Shown here piece by piece: positions 1 to 9,268 of a DNA stretch of 64,000 nt. Origin of the DNA: Candidatus Latescibacterota bacterium (GTDB taxonomy: Bacteria; Krumholzibacteriota; Krumholzibacteriia; WVZY01); contig CAWBQK010000011.1 in the NCBI GenBank assembly GCA_963791045.1, forward strand, positions 288,001 through 352,000. Direction: 5' to 3'. Each line of letters opens with the position of its first letter. Position 1 is the first letter of the stretch. Both the position numbers and the translations under genes were made by a program. The notes under the pieces are model-generated. The model was not told where the DNA came from, searched no databases, and saw only the letters and a list, made by a program, of their open reading frames with translations.

Positions 1-110
1 GGGACTACCGGCGAATCTACACGCACAAACGTATCAATTACTTGTTTATCGGGGGCGGTGTGAGCTACACATTCGAATCGCCAAACTGGCTGCGGGAGTT
101 TCTCGAATGA
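1..110 (+). CDS. Partial CDS (3' end), probable outer-membrane beta-barrel protein
   Basis: Open frame from position 3 reads DYRRIYTHKRINYLFIGGGVSYTFESPNWLREFLE*. Alternating aromatic/hydrophobic strand pattern; the stop overlaps the next ATG (ATGA at 107-110). Confidence 0.55.
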   Translation, partial: DYRRIYTHKRINYLFIGGGVSYTFESPNWLREFLE

Positions 111-2071
111 GGTTCCTGGCCGTAATCATTATTTTGTTGCCGGTCGTTGCCGGGGCACTCTACGCGGCGGACGATGCGCCCGAGGGAATCGGCCGCCGTG
201 TCTTCGACGCCGAGGCTCTCGATGAAGCGGGCGTTGCCAGGCTCTCCGACATCATGCTCCTCATCGACGGATGGGCGCCGGTGACGGTCGACGGTTTTTC
301 GTGGCAGTCAAGCCCGCGCGGCCTCGATGTTCTGCAGACGCAGCAGTGGATTGTCGTGGTCGACGGGATACGAGTCGATATCAATCTTCTCGGGGTTACG
401 AGCCTCAATCGGATCCCGGTCAATGCGGGCCAGATCGATTCGGTCGAAGTGGTAAGCGTTCCGCAGTTTTACCAGGGAGAGTTTGCCGACGGCGGGCTCA
501 TCCACATTTTCACCAAACGCGCGGGGAATGGGGTCGAAGTCCACGGGGCGGCGTTTTCGGGCAATGAAAGCGGTGATCCCGGACCGTACCGGTACACGGA
601 GTACTCCTCGCCGAATGTCGACAGGATCGGTCCCGACTATGCCGCCGATGTGGCATACGGCGCCACCGACGTTTATGCCGGAGCGGAGTTCAACAGTCAG
701 CGGCACTACGCCACCGACTCGGCGACACGCTACCGCAACTTCGCGATTTCCTCGGGCGCGTATCCTCAAATAGAATTGGGTGGTGGCGCCGCCGCAGCCG
801 GAGGCAAGCTCTTTGGCGGTTGGCTCCACGGGTTTTTCGGCAGTTCGAAGCTTGAGGACTACTTTTTTTACAAGCCATACGGACGCGAGATTCCCATCGT
901 CAGCCGTCTGACAACCACGGGTGTCCGCGGTCATCACACGCTGAGTCCGGGACTGGGGTTGGATTATCGGCTCGTTTACAATCAAAACGAGCTGGGCTAC
1001 AGGCAAAACGCGTTCGATCTGAATTTTGACTGGCGGCTCAACACGTTTCGCGCCGAGTTAGACCTGTCGGGTGAGATTGGGCGCTCTCGGAACCGTGCCG
1101 GAGTGAATTTCGAAAGGCACGAGGCGGTCACCGGCTATGCCTTGAGCAAGAACGATGTTGTTTTGACGCGTTTCTTTGCCGACACCGATATTGGGTTCGC
1201 CCGGCGGTACCGCCAGCGATTTGCCGTATCGGCAACGTCGGGGGAGGGCGACGCCACGTTCGATGCGATGACCGCGGCGGAGTTCGTCGTAGGCCGCAGA
1301 CATCGATTTGACCTGGTTCTCGCTTACGCCGAGCGGCGGCCCGAACGCGATGGCCGCATCTGGTTCTGGCGCGAGCGCGGTTACGGTTTTCTTGATGATG
1401 CAGGCGTTACGGTCACCGCGGACGCGCCCATGGAAACGGCGAGAAAAATCACTCTCGACGGTGCGTGGTCGTTTGATCCTGGTGGCGCGTACAACTGGCG
1501 GGTGAGCGCGTTCTACCGGGAATTTAAAGATTATCAGCTCGAGGATCAGCGGTTCGCGTTTGACGCCGACCAACAGGCGTTTGGCGGCCCGATCCATCTG
1601 CGCGCCGGTGAAGGGGGCGCCATGGCTGGTGGGGAGGCGGTATTTAAATTCCGGCCGGATCGCCGCGTGGAACTCAGGACAACGTATCGGTTGCAGTCCT
1701 CCGTTTCGGGTGATGATTTCTTCAAACGACAATGGGACGCCGTGCCGACACACCAGTTTCGTCAGTACGCGAGCTTCTCGCCGGTTTCGAGTTTTACCAT
1801 CTGGGCGCGGTTGGGATATCTGAGTGGGACGGAATGGTATGACTACCGCGACGCGGCGACTCAGACCGACGGGCTCTACAACGGGACGATCGATGGTTTT
1901 GTGTGTCTCGACGCCGCGGCGCAAAAATGGTTTTGGCAGCGGCGGATCCGGGGCAGCCTGCTCTTTACCGATCTCCTTGGCCAGTCGCCCACGTATCATC
2001 CGATCGGCGCGTCATTTGATTTTAGCTTGTTTGTTCAGTTGGAAATCATTCTCGGCCGCAAGCACGATTAG
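107..2071 (+). CDS. TonB-dependent receptor-like outer membrane protein
   Basis: Signal peptide; plug motifs (VVVDGIRV, IDSVEVV, GGLIHIFTK); amphipathic beta-strands along the rest of the protein. Confidence 0.8.
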   Translation: MRFLAVIIILLPVVAGALYAADDAPEGIGRRVFDAEALDEAGVARLSDIMLLIDGWAPVTVDGFSWQSSPRGLDVLQTQQWIVVVDGIRVDINLLGVTSLNRIPVNAGQIDSVEVVSVPQFYQGEFADGGLIHIFTKRAGNGVEVHGAAFSGNESGDPGPYRYTEYSSPNVDRIGPDYAADVAYGATDVYAGAEFNSQRHYATDSATRYRNFAISSGAYPQIELGGGAAAAGGKLFGGWLHGFFGSSKLEDYFFYKPYGREIPIVSRLTTTGVRGHHTLSPGLGLDYRLVYNQNELGYRQNAFDLNFDWRLNTFRAELDLSGEIGRSRNRAGVNFERHEAVTGYALSKNDVVLTRFFADTDIGFARRYRQRFAVSATSGEGDATFDAMTAAEFVVGRRHRFDLVLAYAERRPERDGRIWFWRERGYGFLDDAGVTVTADAPMETARKITLDGAWSFDPGGAYNWRVSAFYREFKDYQLEDQRFAFDADQQAFGGPIHLRAGEGGAMAGGEAVFKFRPDRRVELRTTYRLQSSVSGDDFFKRQWDAVPTHQFRQYASFSPVSSFTIWARLGYLSGTEWYDYRDAATQTDGLYNGTIDGFVCLDAAAQKWFWQRRIRGSLLFTDLLGQSPTYHPIGASFDFSLFVQLEIILGRKHD

Positions 2072-2073
2072 TT

Positions 2074-2781
2074 TCAGCGCGTGTCCCTGCTTTCATCTTC
2101 CCGCGCCGCTTCTTCCGCCTTTTCCGCGACCGCGTGATCGACCTGAAACTGCGCGGTGTAGAGACCGACGAGCCGGGCAACAAGTATCGCTGAATAGAGC
2201 GTTCCCGTCGCTGCCTCGAGAAATGACAGCGATCTCACCTGCTCGGTAACGGGCGTGATATCGCCATATCCCAGAGTGGTTAGTGTTACAAAACTGAAGT
2301 AAAGAAGATCCGCTCCGTCCAGAACGCCATTTAAATTTTGTGCGTCTCCGCAATAAAATGAGCCGGGATTGATGTGCTCGAAGAAGCTGTAGATCATGTA
2401 CCAGGTGAGACCGAGCATCAAGTACACGCAAACGGCGCCGTAAAGCGTGTCGGCCTGGATTCGCTTATCGCGGATGATGTGGACGAGAATGATAACGGAA
2501 GAAACAGCGTAAAATGCGATGCCCGAAATGTAGCCGATCGTCATTGAAATCAGATCCGCGCCGAAAATGATATCGATTCCGGTAAGGACAAGCGGAATCC
2601 CCAAAATCAACAATACGACGAGTCCCGGTCGGCTGAAACTGACCGCGTACATTCCCGCCAACGGGATTGTCATGTACAATGCGACGATGAATATTCGGCC
2701 CGCACCACCCTGCCCAACATAGGGGTAGAGAATCAACAGAAGGATGAGGAGCGAGAAGAGATAAAAAAACTTGCCCGTCAT
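2074..2781 (-). CDS. Potassium/ion channel family protein
   Basis: Selectivity filter YFSFVTLTTLGYGDI and several TM helices. Start moved to ATG 2781 (MTGKFF); the ORF extends to 2934. Confidence 0.85.
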   Translation of the reverse strand: MTGKFFYLFSLLILLLILYPYVGQGGAGRIFIVALYMTIPLAGMYAVSFSRPGLVVLLILGIPLVLTGIDIIFGADLISMTIGYISGIAFYAVSSVIILVHIIRDKRIQADTLYGAVCVYLMLGLTWYMIYSFFEHINPGSFYCGDAQNLNGVLDGADLLYFSFVTLTTLGYGDITPVTEQVRSLSFLEAATGTLYSAILVARLVGLYTAQFQVDHAVAEKAEEAAREDESRDTR

Positions 2782-3056
2782 TTCTTTGAATAACTTTACC
2801 AATTCCCCGCGAGGTCTCAGCAATTTGTCCTCCCCTTCTCGGGTGACCGGAGGTTTTACGCAGGTGACGCTCTGGCTCTCAGAGCGCGATTCCCAAACAA
2901 GACTAGATGACCATCTGGTATCCGTCAACGCCAACAGGGAGCCCGGTTGAGTGATTCTGATCGCTTGATTTCACGGGGTCAGATCGATTACATTGAGGAC
3001 ATGCCGGAGATGTTCCGGTGTGGACCGTATTTTGTTGAGTTTAGAAGATCGTATCG

Positions 3057-3842
3057 ATGAGAAATTTGACTATCTGCATACTTTGCTTCTTCGCGCTCGC
3101 AACCGCCTGCGACAAAAAGAGCGAATGGACCACGGAATCGGGGCTCCAGGTGATCGAGCTTGCTGAAGGGGACGGCGCCAGCCCGAAGAAGGGTGACATC
3201 ATCTCGCTCAATTATACGGGATGGTATCTCGATGGGGACGAGTTTGATTCGACGTCGAAGCTCGGGCATCCCAGGAAGTTCAGGTTGGGGACGGACACAC
3301 TGCTGCCGGGGCTCGAGGAAGGTGTTTATTCGATGCGCAGGGGTGCGAAGCGGATATTTATACTTCCACCGGAGCTTGCTTTTGGCGCCGAAGGCCGCCC
3401 CGGCGTCGTTCCCCGCGACGCATGGGTCAAGTTTGAGGTCGAGATGGTTGAGATCGAGGCCGGCCAACCCTTGCCGCTTCCCTGGAACGAGGCTGGGATG
3501 GAGTTTTACACGACAAAGAGCGGCCTTCAGTTTGTGGATTTTCTCACGGGCGACGGAGAGTTCCCCGAATTGGGGAGCACGGTTGTTATTCATTATTCGG
3601 GATACCTCGACGACGCGACGCTCTTCGACAGTTCGTCTCTCAGGGGGCGGCCCGTCGAGTTCGAGCTTACGGAAGACTGGCTGATCCGCGGTCTTGTCGA
3701 AGGACTGCTCACAATGCGCGCCGGCGGGAAGCGAAAACTCGTGATTCCCCCATTCCTCGGTTACGGTGAAGACGGATTTGGGAAGAAAGTCCCGCCCAAC
3801 GCCACACTAATCTACGACATCGAACTCCTCGAAGTCCGATAG
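3057..3842 (+). CDS. Tandem two-domain FKBP-type peptidyl-prolyl isomerase, probable lipoprotein
   Basis: Two FKBP domains (YTGW..DG.EFDST / HYSGY..D..LFDSS; IPPFLGYG; PPNATLIYDIEL); lipobox-like LATAC. Confidence 0.9.
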   Translation: MRNLTICILCFFALATACDKKSEWTTESGLQVIELAEGDGASPKKGDIISLNYTGWYLDGDEFDSTSKLGHPRKFRLGTDTLLPGLEEGVYSMRRGAKRIFILPPELAFGAEGRPGVVPRDAWVKFEVEMVEIEAGQPLPLPWNEAGMEFYTTKSGLQFVDFLTGDGEFPELGSTVVIHYSGYLDDATLFDSSSLRGRPVEFELTEDWLIRGLVEGLLTMRAGGKRKLVIPPFLGYGEDGFGKKVPPNATLIYDIELLEVR

Positions 3843-3958
3843 CTTCACTGGTTCGGACAGACCCCCATCCTATCCTGACGGGAATTTAAGGATTCATTAA
3901 GTGGTATGGCCGCCGATTCGTGTCTATCCTATAGATGGACTCTAATGGGAGGTTTGAG

Positions 3959-6121
3959 ATGAAACGGATGATGGCTGTGTTGATGGTCTTTTGCGCTGTG
4001 ATGGTGTGGTGTGCGGGTGCGTTCGCGGGAGATGTGTTCGATATTCCAAAAATGGATGAAATCAAGATCGACGGTCTGGGCGAAGACTGGGGTGACGGTG
4101 GGTTTCGGGTGGCGTTTTTGGCGGCGCCGGATGGACGTGTGCTTCCCGCCGATGATTTTGATGCGCAATTCAGAATCGGATGGAACCATGACGGGCTTGT
4201 CGTGCTCGCGCTGGTTACGGATGACATGCCGGCCGAGAACGAAGAACTCTCAAGTCTTTGGCGCATGGATTGTGTGGAGATCTTCGCTTCTGAGAGCGTG
4301 GGTTCGTCCAACCGGTACCAGGTGGTTGTCGCGTCCGGCGCGGATCCTGACTTTGGAAAACTGCGTAAAAAGGTTTACGACCACCGTCCGGAAGGAACCG
4401 GCGCGGGCGATCTTACCGCCGAGATGGTGAGCCGTGTGTCCAAAAACGGTTACACGGTCGAGATGATGCTTCCGTGGTCGAACCTCGGGGTCACCCCGTC
4501 CGAAGGTGTCGAACTGGGTTTTCAATTTGTGGCGAACGATTATGACGGGGATTGGAAGACGAGTCTTCGTGTCGCCTGGTACCCGAGTTATGACGCGCAT
4601 TCGAATTCGACGGCGATGTACGCGATCCGGCTTTCCGGAGAGCCGAGTGACGCGGTTTTGATGCGTGCCGATCGTGAGATCCGTTTCGAGGGGTGTACCG
4701 CCACGGTTCGTGGAGCCCGCGAACTCGTCGGCACACCGGTAGAGGTTCACTCGGGCGGCAAGGTTATCGCCCAGGCCAAACTCGTGGAAGACGAAGGACG
4801 TGCGTGGACACGCATAGAGATGCCGGTACCCCAGGGCTCGGCCGCCTGGCCGCAGATGGATGTCGTCGTTGGCGGAAATACGATGGTCACGGCGAAGCCG
4901 CTGCCGACTCTCGATTCCGTCATCGAGAAATTCATCGAAGTCTGCGGCGGACGCGAAGCCATGCAAAAGCTCCAGACCCGGGCGTGCCGGGGGCAGCTCG
5001 TAACTGATCTCTCCTGGCACGATCCTCCACGCGACTCGATACCCTTCGAGGCGTATGCCAAAGCGCCAATGAGCTGGGTGCTCATCCACAAAGGACCCGG
5101 CGGGACACAACGGGTCGGTAGTGACGGAGCAACAGGGTGGGAGCAGACGCTCGACGGCGTGAAAGATTCCGAGAAGATGCGGTTCGCGAGACTGGGATGG
5201 TTCCTCAATCCACAGGGGCCGCTTTACATGCGTGACTACTTTCCAGGAATGGTTCTTGTCGCGAAGGAGAAACAAGCAAATCGAACGGTGTATGTCATCG
5301 AACCGCGGGGCGCGGGCGCTGACAAGGATCGAAAGACTCTCCGTTTCGACGTGGAAACGGGGATGCTCGTCCAGATCGGTTACCACTGGGGTCTTGAAGA
5401 CTTCCGTGAAATCGATGGCGTGCTATTTCCGTATCGTATCATCCTCGGCCGAAAGGGCGGGTCGAGCACGTATGTCTTCGACGAGGTCTCGCACAACAAC
5501 GATGTTGACGACGCGCTGTTTGAAAAGCCGGATCCGCGTACGACGGTTCCGGGTCTGTTCGATGGGATTGATGACGTAAAGGCGCTCCCGATGCTCGAGC
5601 ACCTTCCTCGCGTACATGGTGGCATGAACGTCCCCGCACGCGACGGCCGGTTCTTGTACGATATGATCATTCGTAATGGTTACAAACGTGGTCTCGAGAT
5701 CGGTACATCCAACGGGTACTCGACGCTCTGGCTCGGACTTGCGTTCCGGGAGACCGGCGGCCGTGTCATCACGCTCGAAATCGATCCGGCGAGTGGAAAG
5801 GAAGCCCGGGGAAATTTTGAAAAGGCCGGGCTAGACGACACCATCGACGCGCGAATCGCCGACGCCTTCGAAGAGATACTGAAGATCGAGGGTGATTTTG
5901 ATTTTGTATTCATCGACGCGTGGAAACCTGACTACATCAAGTTCTGGGGAATGTTGAAGGGGCGGGTCGCCCCAGGGGGCGCGATCACGGCTCACAACGT
6001 GAGTTCACAGGCGCGCGACATGCGCGACTTCCTGGACGCGATCAAGAACGATCCTGATTTCGAAACGACACTGCACGAGGTTAGCCCGGCGGGGATTTCG
6101 GTGAGCATCCGCCGCCGTTGA
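3959..6121 (+). CDS. Secreted multidomain protein: CBM9/DOMON-like + LolA-like + class I SAM O-methyltransferase
   Basis: Signal peptide after a GGGAGG RBS; IKIDG..DW / DCVEIF / GYTVEMMLPW / GFQFVANDYD (CBM9-like); DFREIDGVLFPYRI..VDDALFEKP (LolA-like); LEIGTSNGYS, VFIDAWK, ITAHN (O-methyltransferase). Confidence 0.7.
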   Translation: MKRMMAVLMVFCAVMVWCAGAFAGDVFDIPKMDEIKIDGLGEDWGDGGFRVAFLAAPDGRVLPADDFDAQFRIGWNHDGLVVLALVTDDMPAENEELSSLWRMDCVEIFASESVGSSNRYQVVVASGADPDFGKLRKKVYDHRPEGTGAGDLTAEMVSRVSKNGYTVEMMLPWSNLGVTPSEGVELGFQFVANDYDGDWKTSLRVAWYPSYDAHSNSTAMYAIRLSGEPSDAVLMRADREIRFEGCTATVRGARELVGTPVEVHSGGKVIAQAKLVEDEGRAWTRIEMPVPQGSAAWPQMDVVVGGNTMVTAKPLPTLDSVIEKFIEVCGGREAMQKLQTRACRGQLVTDLSWHDPPRDSIPFEAYAKAPMSWVLIHKGPGGTQRVGSDGATGWEQTLDGVKDSEKMRFARLGWFLNPQGPLYMRDYFPGMVLVAKEKQANRTVYVIEPRGAGADKDRKTLRFDVETGMLVQIGYHWGLEDFREIDGVLFPYRIILGRKGGSSTYVFDEVSHNNDVDDALFEKPDPRTTVPGLFDGIDDVKALPMLEHLPRVHGGMNVPARDGRFLYDMIIRNGYKRGLEIGTSNGYSTLWLGLAFRETGGRVITLEIDPASGKEARGNFEKAGLDDTIDARIADAFEEILKIEGDFDFVFIDAWKPDYIKFWGMLKGRVAPGGAITAHNVSSQARDMRDFLDAIKNDPDFETTLHEVSPAGISVSIRRR

Positions 6122-6211
6122 CGCGCCGGGTCTTCTTGGGTGATTGATGTGTTTTGTACTATACTCACACAATACATATCGAACCCGCGCCGGATTGGGA
6201 GGACATATTAG

Positions 6212-6895
6212 TTGCACATACTCGTCGTTGAAGATGAACCGAAGGTAGCGCGCGCCGTTCGCGAAGGGCTCGAGACCGAGCACTACGATGTGACCGTGGC
6301 GATTACCGGTGAGGAAGGTTTTTTTCTCGCGACCACCCAGGTGTTCGACCTGATTCTTCTCGATCTCATGCTTCCCGGCCGAAGCGGTTTTGAAATACTC
6401 TCCACCCTTCGTGACAAAAACTGTGACACTCCCGTTTTGATACTCACCGCGAGGGATGCCGTCGAGGATCGTGTGAAAGGCCTCGACAGTGGCGCCGATG
6501 ATTATCTCGTAAAGCCATTCGCTTTCGCCGAACTTCTTGCGCGGATTCGCGCGTTGACACGCCGCGGCCGTGCCGACCAGACGCTTCGACTGGTCCTTGC
6601 CGATCTCGATCTCGATTGTGTGACCCGTCGCGTAACGCGAGGCGGTCAGGATATCGCGCTCACGGCAAAGGAGTTTGAACTCCTCGAATACCTGTTGCGG
6701 CACCAGGGACACGTGGTATCCCGCGAGATGCTCGCGCGCGATGTGTGGAAAGACGAGGAGCGGACGGCGGCGGTAGACAATGTGATCGACGTCCACGTGA
6801 CGCGGCTTCGCCGCAAAGTGGACGCACCGTTTGCAACGAACCTTTTGAAGACCATCCGCGGTGTGGGGTTCGAAATGAAAAAGGACGAAGGCTGA
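6212..6895 (+). CDS. OmpR-family response regulator (CusR/CzcR-like)
   Basis: ILVVEDE, LLDLMLP, GADDYLVKPF and winged helix (LTAKEFELL, TIRGVGF). TTG start after a GGGAGG RBS. Confidence 0.92.
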   Translation: MHILVVEDEPKVARAVREGLETEHYDVTVAITGEEGFFLATTQVFDLILLDLMLPGRSGFEILSTLRDKNCDTPVLILTARDAVEDRVKGLDSGADDYLVKPFAFAELLARIRALTRRGRADQTLRLVLADLDLDCVTRRVTRGGQDIALTAKEFELLEYLLRHQGHVVSREMLARDVWKDEERTAAVDNVIDVHVTRLRRKVDAPFATNLLKTIRGVGFEMKKDEG

Positions 6896-6897
6896 TC

Positions 6898-8265
6898 ATG
6901 CGACCTTCGAGTATTCGTTTTCGGATCACAATGTGGTACGCGGTGGTTCTCTTTCTCATTCTTGCCGCGGGTTCGACGGGCGTCTATTTCTTTATGAAAG
7001 GCAAACTCGAATTAGCCGCCCGCAGCCGGCTCGACCACGGGTACACTCTTGTCATGACGATCCTCGTGAACTCAGGCGGTGATGTCTACGACATCATGCA
7101 CCTCGGCGATGCGTATCCCTTTCTGTTGACCAAAAACGGTCTTATCGAACTCGAGACACGCGCGTGGACTCGCTCGGGTCTGGGCGAATTCGTTGAAGCC
7201 GGTTACGACAGCCCGTACGACTCCTGGACATCACCCTCCGGCGAGATTTATGAAATCAGATCCGGGACGGTTCCCGAGTACGGCTTCGAGCTTGTTTTCG
7301 CGCACGTGACCACGGGGGTGGCGGAAAACCTTCGCGTTCTGGCGTCGGTGCTTCTCGTGGGAATGCCGATCGTCCTCGTGCTTGCGTTGGTAGCCGGCTA
7401 TTTTCTTGCCGCGCGTGTTCTCGCGCCCGTGGAAGAAGTGACGAATAAGGCCCGCGAAATAACCGCGGATCTCCTGTCGGAGCGGTTGCCCGCGAGCAAT
7501 TCCACCGATGAGATCGGCCGTTTGACCGGGGTTGTGAACGATATGTTGAGCCGTCTCGAAAACTCCTTCGACGACCTCCGGCGGTTTACCGCGGACGCGT
7601 CACACGAGCTGCGGACGCCGTTGACATCGATCAGAAGTGTCGGTGAGGTTGCCCTCAAGCAGCCGGCGGATGCTGGCGCTACGGGCGCCGACGACAAATT
7701 GCGGGAAGCGATATCGAGTATGCTCGAAGAAACCGATCGGCTCACAGGCCTCGTTGACAATCTGCTTGTCCTCGCCCGCGGCGATTCAGACAACGTCAAA
7801 CTCACGCCCGCGAAGATCGATCTGTCACCATTTGTCGGCGCTATTGCCGGCCAGTTGAAGGTCGTCGCCGATGAGAAAAACCAGGCGCTGACGTGTGCCG
7901 CAGAATCTCCTGTCCGCATCACCGTCGATGAGGGAACGTTCCGCCATGCGGTTATCAACGTACTCCACAACGCGATTCTGTACACGCCCCCCGGCGGCCG
8001 CATCGACATCACCGTCGCCGACAACGACGGACTTGCAATCATAGACGTGATTGATAACGGGCCCGGTATATCCGCGGAAAATCGCGAACGCGTGTTCGAC
8101 CGGTTCTACAGGGTGGACAAGGCACGGACACGAGCCGAGGGCGGGACGGGACTGGGGTTGTCGATCGCTCGCTGGGCCACCGAAATCAATGGCGGCAGAA
8201 TCGAATTCCTCGACACCGATGCCCCCGGCACCCACTGCCGTATCTCACTCCCAACAACGATATAA
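6898..8265 (+). CDS. HAMP sensor histidine kinase (CusS/CzcS-like)
   Basis: Two TM helices, HAMP (DEIGRL), H-box FTADASHELRTPL, DNGPGI, GGTGLGL. ATG lies 3 bp after the regulator stop. Confidence 0.92.
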   Translation: MRPSSIRFRITMWYAVVLFLILAAGSTGVYFFMKGKLELAARSRLDHGYTLVMTILVNSGGDVYDIMHLGDAYPFLLTKNGLIELETRAWTRSGLGEFVEAGYDSPYDSWTSPSGEIYEIRSGTVPEYGFELVFAHVTTGVAENLRVLASVLLVGMPIVLVLALVAGYFLAARVLAPVEEVTNKAREITADLLSERLPASNSTDEIGRLTGVVNDMLSRLENSFDDLRRFTADASHELRTPLTSIRSVGEVALKQPADAGATGADDKLREAISSMLEETDRLTGLVDNLLVLARGDSDNVKLTPAKIDLSPFVGAIAGQLKVVADEKNQALTCAAESPVRITVDEGTFRHAVINVLHNAILYTPPGGRIDITVADNDGLAIIDVIDNGPGISAENRERVFDRFYRVDKARTRAEGGTGLGLSIARWATEINGGRIEFLDTDAPGTHCRISLPTTI

Positions 8266-8292
8266 CTGCCGGCACCGACCTCGTAGGGAGAA

Positions 8293-8472
8293 GGTACGGG
8301 TGGCGTCGATGGGGCCCCCGAGGCGGCGCAGCGTCGCGGAGTGCGGGGAGCTACCACAACGCTCCTATTGACGCATCTGCGGGGGCAGTGCAAATTGCTC
8401 TTGTCGGCGAATGGCCAACCGCACGAAGCGTAAGCGAGCACGCCTGGGGTAATCGACGACAGGACCCGTACC
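8293..8472. other. About 180-nt nested inverted-repeat (rod-like) element in a convergent intergenic region; ncRNA or REPIN/MITE candidate
   Basis: Nested complementary blocks 8293-8301/8464-8472, 8304-8310/8452-8458, 8316-8325/8441-8449 (one bulge) and 8341-8346/8419-8424. Confidence 0.45.
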
Positions 8473-8482
8473 GAGCCTTCAC

Positions 8483-8530
8483 GCGAGGGCCTGAGGAAGG
8501 CCGCGCCGTCAAGCCAAGCGGAGCGAGGGC
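8483..8530. repeat. Interspersed repeat fragment shared with 61129-61165
   Basis: AAGCGGAGCGAGGGC, GTCAAG and GAGGGC(C/T)GAGGAAG-like words occur here and on the reverse strand at 61129-61165. Confidence 0.5.
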
Positions 8531-8554
8531 TAGAGAATGACTGCACCGGTCGCC

Positions 8555-9265
8555 TCAGTCGAGGTTTTTGGGGCAGAGGTGAGTGACGGGGCATACGTCG
8601 CACTGCGGCTTTCGCGCCGCACAGTAGCTTCGGCCATGATCGGCAAAGAGATGCGACATGTGCGTCCATTCCTTCTCCGGTGCGATCGCGGCGAGGTCGC
8701 GTTCGATCTTGTCGGGGTTGGTCTCTTCGGTGAATCCCATCCGCTTCGAGAGCCGCTTGACATGCGTGTCGACAACGATTCCCGGAATCCCGTAGGAGAC
8801 GCCAAGTATGCAGTTGGCCGTCTTGCGCCCCACGCCGCCGAGCTTGATGAGTTCCTCCATCGTCGATGGCACTTCGCCGCCGTGCAGTTCAACGAGTGAC
8901 GCGCAGCATTTCTTGATGCTCTTGGTCTTGTTCCGGTAGAAACCTGTTTTGAAGATATCCTGTTCGATCTCTTCCGAAGGGGCGTCGACGAACGCCTGGG
9001 GAGTGGGGTACCTTACGAAGAGCGAAGGTGAGATCCGGTTGACCATGGCGTCGGTGCATTGTGCGGCGAGGATCGTTGCGATCAGAAGTTCGAATGGGCT
9101 GCGGTGGTCGAGCATGCAATGGGCATCGGGATACTCAGCGGAGAGAGCCTCAATGATTTTGGAAAGACGCTTACCATCCTCGGCGCCACCCGCGCCACCC
9201 GCTCGGCCGGTGCCACCCGCGCCTGCTTTGGATTTCGACGTTTTTTTCTTAGAGCTGTCTGCCAT
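8555..9265 (-). CDS. nth: Endonuclease III
   Basis: LLIATILAAQCTD, HhH motif LGGVGRKTAN, VVDTHV, and the 4Fe-4S motif C-x6-C-x2-C-x5-C. Confidence 0.96.
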   Translation of the reverse strand: MADSSKKKTSKSKAGAGGTGRAGGAGGAEDGKRLSKIIEALSAEYPDAHCMLDHRSPFELLIATILAAQCTDAMVNRISPSLFVRYPTPQAFVDAPSEEIEQDIFKTGFYRNKTKSIKKCCASLVELHGGEVPSTMEELIKLGGVGRKTANCILGVSYGIPGIVVDTHVKRLSKRMGFTEETNPDKIERDLAAIAPEKEWTHMSHLFADHGRSYCAARKPQCDVCPVTHLCPKNLD

Positions 9266-9268
9266 GCG

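Noticed and set aside
9181-9222. Short GCCACCCGC repeats
   Set aside because: They encode a Gly/Ala low-complexity linker in the nth N-terminus; not an array.
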